Below are positions 36,673 through 50,750 of a DNA stretch of 64,000 nucleotides, in pieces (position 1 is the stretch's first letter; every line of letters starts with the position of its first letter). The position numbers and the translations under genes are program-made. The DNA comes from Amoeboaphelidium protococcarum X5 (lineage: Eukaryota; Fungi; Aphelidiomycota), in contig JALDTO010000146.1 in assembly GCA_023515725.1 (NCBI GenBank), positions 124,001 through 188,000 of the forward strand. Reading direction: 5' to 3'. Under the pieces are notes generated by a model. It did no database searches and was not told the origin of the DNA. It saw only the letters and a program-made list of their open reading frames with translations.

Positions 36673-37815
36673 ATGACTGCTAATACCGCTGCAACTACTG
36701 CTAAAAAGAACAAGAAGGGAGCCAAGATGTCTCTGAATGCTTTCCTGGCTGATGAGAGCACTGGCTCTTGGGCAGATGAAATGTCGGATTTGCCAACCAT
36801 GACGTCTGCTGTCTACGAGCAGGCTATCAATGGCACTTCGGATGATAGTCCGTCAACTACTAGGGGAGGATTTTAGGGTGGTCGTCCTTAGACGGAGCGC
36901 CCAGATAGACCCTGGAGAAATGATGGCGGTCGCGGTGGAGCTAGACGCGACCAACCGTAGCGCGAAGTCAAGGAAATCCCTGACCAACCACCTTACACTG
37001 CTTACATAGGAGGGTTGCCTTATTCTGCCACTCAAGACTCGCTTGGTGCTATTTTCACACCTCATGTCTGCACTAATGTCCGCATCCCGGTGGATAGAGA
37101 TTCCGGTAAAGTGAAGGGGTTTGCGTACGTTGAGTTCACTACGCGTGAAGGATTGCAATACGCCCTGGACAAGATCAATAGCGGTGATTTGATTATGGAT
37201 GGTCGTAAGATGAGAGCAGATGTTGCCGATGCTCCTAAAAGAGAAGGAAGTGGCAAGTTTACTCCTCAGCGAGATGACAGCAGAGACTTCTCCGAGTGGA
37301 GGAGGGATACGCCGTTGTAGCCGACCCCATCAGCCTCTCAGCGATAGTCATCTTTTAGTAGCAGCGCTGGCGGGTTTTCCAGTCGATCTGCTAGCCGTGG
37401 CCGCGATCGTCCTACGCCACCAACGTCATCTTCTAGATTCTCGAATGACACTGAATGGAAGGGTGGTGCTTTCAGTAAGCCTGCATCCGCTGGTGGTAGT
37501 GATTCTCGTCCGTAATCTAGATAGCCGCCGCGTAATGACAGAAGTCCGTCATCGCATACTCCTAGCAGAGCTCCTGCTTCGGGTGGAAATAGACCTCCTG
37601 TTAGAGAAGAGCGGCCGTTTGATAATAATTGGCGCCGTGCTGGTGATGCACCTGCCCCAGTGGTATCTTCCGCTAGCAGACAGCATTCTCGTCCATCTAC
37701 TTCAGGTGCCGCATCCAAGCCAGGATTTGAATCTAGAGCACCGCCAGCTCGCCGCGAAGATCCAAAAGTGGCAGATCTGGAGGCTAAATTGCGAAAAGCT
37801 CGTCTAGGATAGTGA
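36673..37815 (+). CDS. TIF3: Translation initiation factor eIF4B (RRM)
   Basis: KMSLNAFLAD..SWADE, PPYTAYIGGLP (RNP2), KGFAYVEF (RNP1), repeated D/N-W-R motifs. Confidence 0.88.
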
Positions 37816-38340
37816 TTTAATCCTTACATATAATTAACACATCACTAGCTAATATCATCATGGTTAACGCACTGAATAAAATGAAACTGGTTTGATCTAT
37901 ATTGATTTTTCTTTTATTTTGTACGATTGATCAGTATGGTGGCAATGATGATCAACGTGTCATTGAGAATATGTATTGCGTTGATATAGATTACATTTGT
38001 AGTTGTAGTTGTAGTGATGTCTGTCGCGTCTCTGCCATTCATTTTGATCACCGAAGTTGTTATATCTATCGCGTGTAAAGTAGCCTACTGGCTGACAAGT
38101 ATCATACTAGACTCCGTACTGATACGATATATTATTCAACTTGCACTTATTATCCTATCTGGAGTTTTGCTGGTATTCGCTTAAAGTACCGCTGCAGATA
38201 TGATTAATTGAATGAACAAAATACATTTACTGCTGAGCTCTGTATCAGAACCATAAAGGGCGTGTCTTCACCTCGGAATTTTCCTTTTTACAGTAAAGCA
38301 TCACAAGCGTAAAAACACCAACAATCACCAATAAACAGTA

Positions 38341-40742
38341 ATGGGAAAGAGAGGAAATAAAGAATCTCAACATTAACATAAGCCTAGTCAGGACACCCCA
38401 AAGGCTGAGCATAGTCTGCAGGCTGTAGTGATTGCTGATTTTAATGAGCATAGATTCAGGCCATTAACTCTTAGTACTCCACGCGTAAGTTTTTTGATGT
38501 CTGTAGTTGTTATTGTATAGTATACTGACCATAATATATGTAGTGTCTTCTACCTCTGGTGAATGTTCCTATGATCAATTATACGATGGAGTTCTTGGCG
38601 ATGAACAAGGTGGATGAAGTGTTTGTATTTTGTAAATCCCACGCGCAGCAAGTTCGCTCCTACCTGCAGCAGAGTAAATGGATCTCAAAGCAACGCGGTA
38701 TGAAGGTACATGTCATCGCTCTACCTGGTGCACATAGTGTGGGTGATGTCATGCGGGAACTGGATGCCAAATCTCTGATCGATACCGACTTTATCCTAGT
38801 AAGTGGTAATCTGGTCTCTAATATGAACATTGAGGTGGCACTGGAAGCTCATAGATAGATCAAGGTGCGAGACAAGGAAGCCATAATGACTATGATTGCT
38901 TTGGAAGCTCAGCCATTTCATAGAAGTCGTGCTCGCGGTGAGACTGCTCTTATGGCTCTAAATCCTCTCACCATGGAGGTTGTTCATTATGAAAATTGTC
39001 CTCAGCTACCACCTCCATACTCCCGCAAGATGCCTAAAGTCAAGTTGGATATGGAGTTGTTCCATAAGACGCGCGCTCTACAACTCAGAAATGATCTTAT
39101 CGATTGTTAGGTGGATATATGCTCAGTAGAAGTTCCCGCCTTATTTACCGAGAATTTTGATTATTAGGAGATTAGGAAGCATTTTGTACATGGTGTCCTA
39201 ACTTCAGACCTGTTGAAGAAGACCATATATGTTCATGTGGTGAGGGATGAGTATTGTGCCAGATTACGGTCTACACATACATACGATGCCGTGTCTCGTG
39301 ATATAGTTGAGCGATGGACTTATCCGCTGACTGTAGATAATCTGGTAGATGTTGACTAGCATACCGACTCTGTTAAAAGTTGTGATGACTGTTCGCATGT
39401 GGTCAAGTATCAAAGCAGCGGATTCCGTGTCAGGCCTAATAATGTCTACGTGCAGCACCAGGCTCAAGTTGCTGACTCTGCTCAGCTGGGATAGAATGTT
39501 GTTATATCGCGAGGTTCATCCGTTGGTGGACGATGCAAGATTACTCAGAGTGTACTGGGCCGTGATTGTAGAATTGGTAGTGGAGTCAGAGCATACAATT
39601 GTCATATCTGGAATGGTGTATCTGTTGGCGACAATTGTTCTATGGAATACGCTATAATTGGACATAACTGTGTGATTAAAAATAATGTATCCATAGGTAG
39701 AGGATGCGTTATCGGTGATAATGTGGTGCTAGGTCCTGATGTTCAATTGAAGCCTTATACCAAGTTGACAGTTGATCTTCCTGATCATGTTAACGCCATC
39801 ATAGAGGAGGCCATAGTCGGTAAAGATGGTAATGCCTTCGTGTGGTATGATACGATGGAGTAAGAGGACTCGGATGAAGATGAGGATAATTTTACAGATG
39901 ACGAGACTGAGCGCGTCATGCATTAAATGCAGTAGATGGGTTTTGATCTTCATAGTTTACAACATGGAGGAGATGCTGCCTTTGTAAACTCAAATCAATA
40001 CGGACATGTAGATGATGCGGCGGTTCACTATGATCTCATCTCTGAACTATCATCTGCAGATGTTCACTCTAGAACTAATACTGGCGGAGGATTGCCTTTT
40101 GGATCTGCCGGTGGTTCGTAAGGTGGCCGAAGTAGCAGCGGTGTGGGTGGTGGTTACATGTCTGAGGATGAGTAGGAAGAGTACTTGAAGCATCTGACAG
40201 AAGTTACAGATACTTTCAAGCGCGCAGTTGTTGAGCAGCACACCGTAGATAATGCCCTATTAGAATTGAACGCGCTGAAGATGGCTTGTAATATAAACTT
40301 TCATGACCTGAGATAGGGTGTGATTACTGGTCTATTGAGTTTAGTTGTTGGCAATGATTATGGTCAAATTGAGCAGAATGCTGTCCGCTTGATCGGTTCA
40401 TGGGCAGAGTTAATCATAAGATTCGTTGTCACTCAGAACGATTAGATGGATCTTCTTCAGATAGCCCTCAATGAAAGTATCATGTATGAGGCCTCCTCCG
40501 CGAAACTGCTCATGTCTGTTATAACTCAGTTCTATCAGTAGGATATCGTAGATGGTGAAGTTATTGAAGAGTGGTTTGAGGATGCAACAATGTGGAATCC
40601 TCATGGTGAAATTGGTTAGAAGATCAAGTCTCACGTCCAGAAGTTTGTAGAGTGGCTTCAAGATGATGACGACGACGACGAAGAGGATGAGTATGAGGAT
40701 GAGGATGACAATGACAAGTAATCTGAAGGAGAATCCGCATGA
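38341..40742 (+). CDS. GCD6: eIF2B epsilon subunit, intron 38485-38543
   Basis: LQAVVIAD..RFRPLT..PR/CLLPLVNVP, LFTENFDYQ, hexapeptide repeats, LELNALKMA, W2 domain FVEWLQ. Confidence 0.95.
38485..38543 (+). other. Spliceosomal intron (59 nt)
   Basis: GTAAGT donor, TACTGAC branch site, TAG acceptor; removal restores conserved PRCLLP. Confidence 0.93.
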
Positions 40743-41042
40743 AGTCTTGGCCTCTCTATTATAATAAATTTTAATCTTTTTAAGTGGTACTTTTATGTCT
40801 CAGTTATGCTTCCTAGAGCTTTGACTTAGGTGAGTGTCAGTTCTTGATCACTCAATAATGGGTCATTGTTTGATCAGCGAGTCCATGCCATGGCAGAGTG
40901 GTAGGTAGTGAACAAACAACGTCCGGCCTGGTTTGGTCGGCACCGAGATTATAAAGTTTACCATCTTTCATTTTATTCATTTATTAAATCGCTTGTGTTT
41001 CTTGATTTTTAATTGTAATAAGATAGCAGTAACAATACCGTT

Positions 41043-41705
41043 ATGACTAATTATATTTTCCAAGCAGGCGCTATGCTGTTTGCTGTGCTGTGTGGCATTG
41101 TTTCGGCAGCCTTCTTTGATTACTCCACCTATTGCGGAAATGTGGGTACCGCTGGTAATGGATAGAATGCATGTATTAATTAGATTAAGAGTATTTTGAA
41201 TCAGTAGATCAATCTTAGAATAGGAGACCCAGTGGTGGTGTATGTGACTGCGCAGTACTTTGATGAGAATGATCAGCTGTAGGCTATAACTGCCCAATTC
41301 TTCCCCGGTATGGACGATTTCGCCACTCTCAGGATGCCTAATGCCACGTTCCTGCAACCATTTAAGCCAAATTTGACCGTTACAGTCATGGCGAAGGATG
41401 CCAACAATCAGCTGACTCTCTTTAAGACACCGACTGCATTACCCTGGTACAATACAACTACCATGATTCCGTATCGATCGATCATTGTCAATGTGGCTGA
41501 TGGTGTCATTTAGAGCGTTGATTGGGAGAAGCAGTTCTGTTACACTGTCTGCCAGTGTACTTATGGTGTCTGTGCTCAGTGTAATGACTACAATGAGTAA
41601 TGTCAAGTATTCAAGATCTTTCTGATGTGGGCAGGTCAAGATGCATTTGGTCAGGTATTGAACAGTGCAAGTCGCTCCATCTATCGCCTCTAGGAGTTAC
41701 CGTGA
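41043..41705 (+). CDS. Secreted Cys-containing protein of unknown function
   Basis: Signal peptide; C-terminal W..Cys cluster then IFLMWAGQDAFGQVLNSA; 220 aa. Confidence 0.75.
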
Positions 41706-41812
41706 TACTACACTTACTTAATGATGAATTTCAGAAATATAGAATACTCTTTTAAATTTATACTGCATCTCTAGACTATTGTATTATTTCATATAATGAA
41801 ACCACTTCATAT

Positions 41813-44800
41813 TCATGATACTCTAGTTTTTAAAAGTTCAACCTGACGAGAGATGTCGCTCACCTGACGATCAAAGTCTTGTCCAATTTCCGCACGTCTG
41901 TCGTAAGGCAGAGTGTTAAACTGTTCAATAAGTCGACCGTCAATGACGCGCTTCACCGGCAAGTACGTTGATCTATACCTCAAATGATCATACCCAGAGA
42001 GAGGAATGAACTCATTGCGCAGAATCAGTTCCAATTCCTGGAATAGCTCAACATCTTCCCCATGTGCAAAAGGTATAAATATTCCAATTTCACCTTGAAT
42101 GGTCACATATACAATCACTTGACGTCCACCGGCTAGGAGCGGTATAAATTGCATAGATGTGATGATATCCCCCAAATGGTACTGGCAAACTTGCTCCAGT
42201 TTATGTGCAGCGCCATTGAGAAAATTCTTCTGGTACAGATACTTGCCGCGTAACACGTCATCATTGAGTCCCTCGGATACAGTTTTAGGCAGCTAAAGTA
42301 CGAAGAAGTTTCCAAACTTGTCAGCACCTGCCACAGTATCTGCGTCTAATATACAGAATCTGGTCATCCTGCGAGACTTCACATCATCCGCAACGATTAT
42401 GAACTTGTTATCGGTGCGCTCATAGCTCACATACTGAATAGATTCTTAAATATCTTAAACGTATATCAGTTGATTATTGGTGTTGATGTTGCCGCCTTCC
42501 ATCACTTAAATGTCTGTTATTAATAAAGGAAACTGGAGATTCTCCAACTTGCGCAACAACTTCTTCAAGCCCAATTCGTACAGTCTGAGAGTTCGGCCTA
42601 CACCGGCAAGTAACCGGCCTTGATAAGGGCACAATGCATACACTGGGCATTCCACTTCTGTGCGATGAACAAACTGTAACTACTGGCTATTAATGAAGTA
42701 AGTGTCAATGTAACAGCCACTATTCTCTTTTTTGCCTAGTGATAGATTAGAAACTACTCCAACAGCCAGATACTAATGCGAAGATTAAACAGTAGTAGAA
42801 AACAATGTGCATATTTTCATGCAAGTGATGCTCTCATTAGCAGCCAGAGGGATCAATTGCAACGTGGATAGTGTATTCACATTAATCAGCCGTAACTATG
42901 CGGACCAATAAGATGGTTAAGACACGCTGTTCAAAGGCTGTAAATGGTACTCTTCTGAATCATCATCATCATCATCCTCCTTCAGTTGATCCTGCTCTTT
43001 GATTCTTTACAGTTATGTATCAATAGGAACTGGCTTGACTGCGTGTTAAGACTCAGCGATAATCAAAAGCTGAGATGATTACTCATATTCCAGCAATCGT
43101 GGAGTGTAAGTCAAGGGAACAGAATCAGATTAATATTACTTGCCCAGAGATTGCGGATCAATAGATAAAATAACCAGGTCATTACCGCTAATGGCCAAAA
43201 TTTCTTCTGGATTCTGTTCCGTATGCAAAGCAGATGCAGCTGTTAGCGGAGCGATTGATTGTTAAGGCAGTATAAGGGGCAGAGTAAAGTTTTAATTCTA
43301 AAACTGATATGATATCCAAGTCTGAGCGGATGAAGCAATGATGGCAGACTGTCCCTCGACATAAACAGTAGACAATCTCACCGGGGAAGGACCCAAATAT
43401 CGACTCCTCGTATCACTAATAGTTCCATTGACCGGATCCATTACACTCCTAAACATCACACCATTGTCTAATCCTATAGACAGATACGTAGTGGTAGTCT
43501 CATAATTAGCCATTTCATTAACGCTCTCATTGATCAGGATAGACACTGGTACAGCATTAAGTAGTTGCATTCCCACAGTCTACAAGCAATCATCCTCTTT
43601 CAGAGATAGTACGCGGATACTGCAATCTGCACAACCCACAACTAGGTAGTCAACTTTCTAAATATCGGGCGACAGTTTACTTATACCCAATGAACAAATG
43701 TTTTGATCAAGGCGCAAATGATCTTCATACTCGGCTATGGAATCACTTTCGTCTAACTCAAAGTAGATCATGCGACCATCATTGAGAACAAGTGCAATCT
43801 GCCTATTATTACATGCCGACAGTACAATCGATGTACCTCCAGGACAATTCCAAGTGACTATTTTTAGTGAGCCATCAGTCTTTCGCTTTATATGCCGCAT
43901 ACCAAAAGGAAGTACTTAAAGAATCCCATCACGACCGAGCTGGACCACATTCAAACTTGGCAATGAACAAAGAATACCAGCATCGCCTTCAGCAACCTGC
44001 TCCACACTATCTCCTACAACTTCAAGCACCAGAGTAGCATTCTAAAACGATATCACCAAATACTGATCGTATTCATCATCCACGGCTTTCTTTAAAGACC
44101 AGACATTCGTGGGAGTTCCTTACAGAGGAAATGTGACATTTATCTCCATTTTGCATCCATTACGAAGGAGCTTGAGTGATGACCGAGAGTCAGAGCCACT
44201 CAGCACAACAATTCCACTCTAAATGCCACTATAATCTAGACTGATTACCTTGGCAGCGATTACAGGGGCGATAGAATCCAGCTTGGTGATGAAAGCAGCA
44301 TTCTTCATCAAAGTTCTTTCATACTTTGAACGTTCCCTCTGCCTGTCACCGGCTATTCCATCTCTATCCATACTTTATTGTCGATCATTCATATGAGCAC
44401 TAGATGAAATAAACTTTTTGACACCTTACAACTAAATAAGCAGATTATCGCCACTATCACCGACACAGAACACTAATCCACCATACAATGCCACCACAGA
44501 TGATGACAATCCAACAGTGTCATAGTATTGAACATTGAGGACGGAATCACCTTATGATGCAAGAATGAACGTATCTCCACACTCATTAATAAGCATATAT
44601 ACATTCTATTGTATGAGGCAATGCCCCACCATCATACCACGTCCAACTTATACGTCTTATGTACTATCCCACCCACATACGGGCATATCAATAACTTCTC
44701 TAAATTCGAATCGCTGATCGAAATGCAATAAACGCGAGCCATCACTTTCACAACAAAATAAACCACCATCATGGAGAGGTACAAGTCGATTACAATCTGC

Positions 44801-45646
44801 ATGCAAGCGAACTCCTTTCAACACCGTCAACTGATTCAAACCGAGATCGACTTGATAAAATACCAAATGAAGTCCCACATCTCTACCAGACTCTGGTTGA
44901 TTATACTCTATCGATGCAAAGACTGGATTCTCATAGCCGACATGAAGTGCACATAAATCAAACACAACAACACCACGGCGATGACAACTGAGAGGACTAC
45001 TAAGATACACCTCAGATCTAATGGATTCCATTTATTATTCTTAATCCCCGTCATTCATATGTGTCTATTATTACAGCGACAATATAAATGCAAACTTTTA
45101 ATACTCTAAAGCGGAAATAAGACAACACCTACCATGGGGATCCACAGCAAGATACTCTGATGGAATTCCACGGTTTATACCAACTTTACCATACGATTCA
45201 TTGCGCACCACAAGGAATTCTCCAGTTTGTTCATTGTATTATAGAATCACTAAACTGCCAGCTTCACTAAGCAATACCACATAATCTTGATCCCGTTATG
45301 AAGAAATATCTACAGTCTTCTCTGCATCCATACCACTAGAATTATCATTAGTTGAAGAAGTTGGAAATTTCAGCACTTGAATACATTTAACAGTGCCAAA
45401 ACAATGCTACTACTACCGACTGACCAATTCCAACTATGCAGTTTCCGCGTCAAGTTAATATAGAGCCATAACATTGGAAGCGTACACAACCAGTAACTAG
45501 AGCTTACTCGCAATACTACTACTTTTCTATCCTCTATAACGCGTCTGTGTATCAGTCAGAAACCTTCCCGCGGCTGCATGAGTAATCCTAGTCCCCTACT
45601 AAATAACAGCATTATAAAGCTTTGAATCAAAACGTTACCGTTCCAT
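41813..45646 (-). CDS. RSE1: U2 snRNP SF3b subunit 3 (Rse1/SAP130), divergent
   Basis: [70 protein letters not shown]; 1277 aa in one frame. Confidence 0.92.
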
Positions 45647-45964
45647 AATGAAATTAGATAAAATTACTGCTGTATTGCGTATAAAAAGCTGTGAAGTGAC
45701 CGATAATAGATGATTGAACAGGAGACGGTAAGCGAACACGAAATCAAGATTGATTGACTGGAGTGAGACGGCGAGAAAGAATGAGAGAGAGAGAGAAGTT
45801 TCTTGGGCTTTCTTCTCCGTTTCAACGCGCGTCGTTTTAAAATTTTAGTCTGTCTGTCTGTAGTGATTTCTTCCTTGTATCATTCATTCGTTCCCTTTAA
45901 GAATATAGCCACTATAAGTCTGTCTAATATAGTATCGGATCAAAGCGGAGAATCTCATAATAGT

Positions 45965-48241
45965 ATGCAAGATTAGAATTAGGGTGAGGATGTTGATGCA
46001 TTCTTGGATGCTTTAGAGGGAGAGTTTGGTGCATCTGGACTTCTTGATACTGCTGAAGATCGTCAGTAATAATTATAAAGTGCCGAGAGTGAGGCTATTC
46101 AGGGTCAAGACTTGCCTGATGTATAACACTCTAATAAAGTAGATGAGTCTTAATTGTAGACTAGTTTACAATCTAGTACCAAGATGGTCCCGGATGCTCA
46201 GAGTGCCGACAATGGAGATAACATCAACAAGTCTGATATTGCTCAAGATGAAGTGGTTGAAAAGTAGCATTAGATTTCAGATGAATTATCACAGTTTAGA
46301 AAGTAAATGTTTGGTAAAGTTTCATACTCTGCTAATGAATTACTGAGACTTTACGAGAGAGATTGTCGCAATTCCGGTATTCAGCCTATTCCTTAGCTTG
46401 TGAAATAGTTGCAGTAGAGTATTGAACTTTAATAATAATCGCAATTGGAGGAGAAGCGCAATTAAATCTCGACTATTCAATTGGAAAGAGTTTAGTTTAT
46501 AGATAAACGGGTAGTGGAAACATTTTGTAATTTTATAATTTTGGCGTTCAAAGTGCGAAAGTTGAGATTGCACAGGTGCTTATTTTCTGATCAGGCACTA
46601 GCATCTTTAATTCAAGCCATTTTTACGATGGACACTCTTCCTTGGCTCAGTCTATCGTAAATGAGTGGAGTGTCGTTTACTGGTCATAAGTCTATTGCCA
46701 AGTATATTTCTACATCACAGAGTTGCAGGTATTTGGATCTGAGTCAGAATTAAGTTGATACTGCATTCGCATTACTTTTACGTGATGCTTTGGTATAGAA
46801 TTCTAAATCTGGATGTTTTGAGGTGTTGAGATTGGATGGATGTTTCATAAGTTCTGATATTCTGCAGAGGCTCGTTGGCGGGATAAGTGTGTCTACTATA
46901 CGAGTGCTATCTTTGAGAAATAATAGCATCGATTAGAGTAAACCTGTTGGTACACTCCTTGGTGCTAATAAACTGACCAAGCTTGATCTGGCTGAGAACT
47001 ATCTGGGACTGTCTCAGTTAAATTCTATATTCAGCGACTGTAGATCTGATGGGACTCTTCATGAATTGTCTCTTGCTAATAATGGTCTTAAATCTTATTC
47101 ACTTTCGGCCATCAGTTAATTCTTATCTGCCAACTAAAGTCTGACTCTTTTGGATCTATCTAATAACTCTAGTCTATTCTTGGATCCCGTGGCTGCGTAG
47201 TCGTTTAAATAGGGACTTGTTACTAATCGCTCACTTCATACTTTATACCTGGAGAATGTTGGACTCACAGCTGAAGGTGCCATCTCCATAGCTGAGGCTC
47301 TAGCTGAAAATAAATCTTTGCGAGTCGTCTCTCTGCTGGGAAATGAGGCAGCAATTAATCCTTTACTGGCCAATTACGTCAACATCCCCTAGAATATTAT
47401 GTCTTATGGTTAGAAGTTTGGATCACAGGCATTGAAATTCTTTGGCCAAGGTTTAGCAACAACTATGGACTAGATTGAGAAAATTGTAGAGCCGGAGAGT
47501 GTTGGTAAATCTTAGCGTACGGATGCGCAGGTGCGTAAAGACAATTGGGATTAATATATTCCTACTGCATAGGAACTAGCAATGTCTGCATTCATGGCAA
47601 TCTACGCCTCTCTGAAGCTCAACACTACTGTTTAATAAGTATTTCTACTTGATCCTGCAGATATAAAGAGAGCATAGTAACTTGTTGGAAATGTTAATAA
47701 CTAATCAGAGCAAGCCGCTTTGGCAAAGTAGCTGCTCGCAATGATTAATGATATCTAGAATATCTGCGATAAAAACTCTAAGATAGATTCCATGAAAGTG
47801 AAAGCTGGTGTTGCGCAGATCAAGAGAGCTGATGTTGAATAGTCATAGATTAAAGATCCGACATTGACTCTGGGTCAGATTCAGTCTGATATTGATAAAG
47901 CGCGTCAGTTGGCTAAAGATTTTAAGGCTATTACATCTAAGTATATGCAACAATAAGGATCTTCCAGTTCAGAAGCCTTATCCAAAGCTGATCAAATAGT
48001 GTTTCAGCTGAAAGATTTGCATTCTAAAGCGTTGACTTTAAAACCTTAGTTGCTGGATTATACCGATCGAGATGTTGTCGTATATGAAAATGGTCTATCT
48101 GATAGATTGCTGATTGCGTGCGCAGAGTTGGAGAATGTAGAAGCTATATATTCAAGTATAAGTCTTTAAAAAAACAGCAAGACGGAGCGGAAAATTGTGA
48201 ATGGTACTCCAGAGGGGGCTTTTTCTATTGGTGATGATTGA
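45965..48241 (+). CDS. RNI-like leucine-rich repeat protein (Mhp1/PPP1R37-like)
   Basis: ELLRLYERDCRNSGIQPIP, multiple LxxLDLSxN repeats, GAISIAEALAENKSL, C-terminal FSIGDD. Confidence 0.75.
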
Positions 48242-49779
48242 ATTTTAACTTTGCCAAATCTTTATAGTAATTTAAGCTATTCCGATTTCTTGGACTTACA
48301 TTGGGTTAAAACGCCTCAAGCTCTTCTCTACAGATTGCACATATTATGATTTTCAACAACTGCTGCTTAGGGTGGGGTAAGAGATTTTCCATTATAGAGC
48401 CTTGTTTCACTAAAGTCATGTTAGTTCTCGTTACTGATACAGATAAAATTTGTGGCGCTGAAAGAGTATATTAAGGAGAAGATTAAATTTTATAGGCTAT
48501 ATACAGTAGTGATACTTTCTTTTTTTACTCAATGGAATTTTCACTTGCTGCTACAAGGCATACTAGTTCTCTCAGTGATCTTTCTTCAGCTACTTTAATT
48601 AGCTCCAAATATCTATGCATAAATTCCAAGTTCAGCTCTCAACAAAAGGGTCAAAATGTTCATTTTCCGTTGAGAACGACTTCAAAAGCGTGACACACGA
48701 GCAATTCAATGGTGGAGCTTTTTGGGTTAATATAAAACACGTCTGATTTTAGTAGATCTTAGAAAGTATCAGGAATGCAAAGTGCCACAATTAAGACTCG
48801 TCTAAGCAAATATGAATGAATGCTTAGATTGCATCACACTAGGGAATTTCAAAGTCTTTTGCAGCGCATGTTGTTAACATAATACGTAGAGAATTAGTTC
48901 TTGCAGTTGGAGCATAAGGTTCCTGGTAGTCTACGCCAGCCTGTTGTGAGAATCCCTTGGCAACCAGTCTGGCTTTATCTTTAATACGCCTTCTTGTTAT
49001 AAATCTTCAACGCGAGGCTTGACATAGATGAGAGTTGTCAGATAGCCATGATTCTCTCAGAAATAGATAAGTACCTAGATGATTACAAATGATCCAATAC
49101 CAGAAAGACTGATTCCTCTGCCAATGAGCTCGCAACTAACAATAACTCCACGATTTTTGTTAAGACGTTATAGACTTTATAAGAAATTTGAGTTAACCAG
49201 TCGAATAAAGTCTATTCGTTCATGATTTCCGTATTAATAATCGTTGCGCTTCCTTGACTTCTTCACGCGTTGTGCTTGTGGCACTCAGACGACTATTACG
49301 AAACTCTTTCAAATTCCAAGTATCCGGATTTTTTAATATATCCTCTTGCTAAGCTTACTTCTTGGTGGTAGACTTAATGAGGGAGTGGGCATCGGATTAT
49401 CCGCGTGGAATAGCAACAAAATCACTAGATTTCAAAATATAGAGTAGAGTGAGATTTCTGTACAATGATTACACGCGTCAGCAGCTTTTTCCGACTCTGT
49501 GGCATTGCTATCGGCGCTTTCACCATCAGAGTCTCCAATCCACTGCACTTCTTGCTGCATTTTTTCAAGTTCGAGTTCTACAATTTGATCTGGTGTCAAA
49601 AGTTTCTTCAATCTGTCCTTAGCTTTCTGGGTAAGCATATCACTGACATGTTGTACTGTATGTCAGCAATGACAGTTAGATCGTCTTTCCACTCCAGCCA
49701 ACTATTACCATTGAAGTGTGGGCACCAACGTAGTCCTTTCCAATTAGTTCAGCCATTCTTCTGTCGATAACGTGAGGAT

Positions 49780-50750
49780 AAAATACAAATTCACATTGAT
49801 CTGATATTATTAATACAAACCATTTTTGTTCTTAGGGCACTCATATTGATGATGGCTTAAATCTTAACAGTGATGACGCTGATCCTTGCTTTTGTCGCGT
49901 ATCATATAATCCAATTTCATATCGTCGGCTCCGCAGCGTTCACTTGGTCGACCATAGTTAGAGCCACCTCTACCATAATACTGGTGATATTCTTCGATGG
50001 CCGTATCAATGAATAGTTGAGCAAGGAATGCATGCCTACAGCAAAAGGTGTTATTGGCAGTCTCGTGACTCGCGGGCCGCGTGCATTCTGTGCAGCGCTG
50101 AGGCGGTTTAATTACTAATTTCTTGTCGTATGCGCGTCATCAAACGTCTAACCAACATCAATCGCGACTTCCAAGTCAAGCACTTCCTATAGGTCACATC
50201 AGCGCGCGTTCTAGCCTTCAAGCCTTGAAATAGAAGATCATATCTGCTTCTGTAATGCTATCGATTGCGCCATTTAATGCACGGAACGCGGTCAAATACT
50301 CTATAACTGATCCTTTAGTTTCAATCTACGTATGGTCTCTCTATCTTTGAACTGCTCACCATATTGACCAATATAAACTTTTTGACGTGGTTCCTCAGCG
50401 AGCTCATCCATGGTTGGCAAAACGAAAAGAAGACCCCGTTCGTTGGTGCATTTAGGAAAACAATTCCCAAGAATCACCGCGAAAGAATCTGACTGTATGT
50501 GCTCGTGATTTAGTTGACCACTGCCGTTTAAAGTGCGCGCGTCAAGTTGTAAATAGTCCAGGCCATTCAAAGAGTCAAAAGCAAGAGTATTTTAATCATT
50601 AATATTAACACCTTACGACTTGGTATTATTGACTAGAAATGCAGTAGATTATTAAGATGCCTCGGTGTCAAATGAGAAACCGCGTTTTGTAAACAGATTT
50701 AAAAAGAGATCATACCTGCTATTAATTGATTGGTTGACTGAGATAGGCAT
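49780..50750 (-). mobile_element. Degenerate Ty3/gypsy-like gag relic (frameshifted)
   Basis: Across frameshifts: KGSVIEYLTAFRALNGAIDSITEADMIFYF/GLKARTRADVTYRK/EVAIDVGQTFDDA, DDMKLD, broken zinc knuckle RHHCQDLSHHQYECP. No pol or LTRs seen. Confidence 0.65.

Noticed and set aside
37220-37807. 195-aa alternative + frame ORF
   Set aside because: Overlaps the eIF4B low-complexity tail, whose own frame carries the family motifs.
37936-38226. Small hydrophobic ORF (+) and polar ORF (-) between eIF4B and eIF2B epsilon
   Set aside because: Under 100 codons with no motif; with only one stop codon such frames arise easily by chance.
50633-50715. Candidate GT-AG intron joining minus-strand ORFs 50699-50950 and 50301-50570
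   Set aside because: The upstream frame has no ATG, the downstream frame is already open to its own ATG, and the region is better explained as a gag relic.
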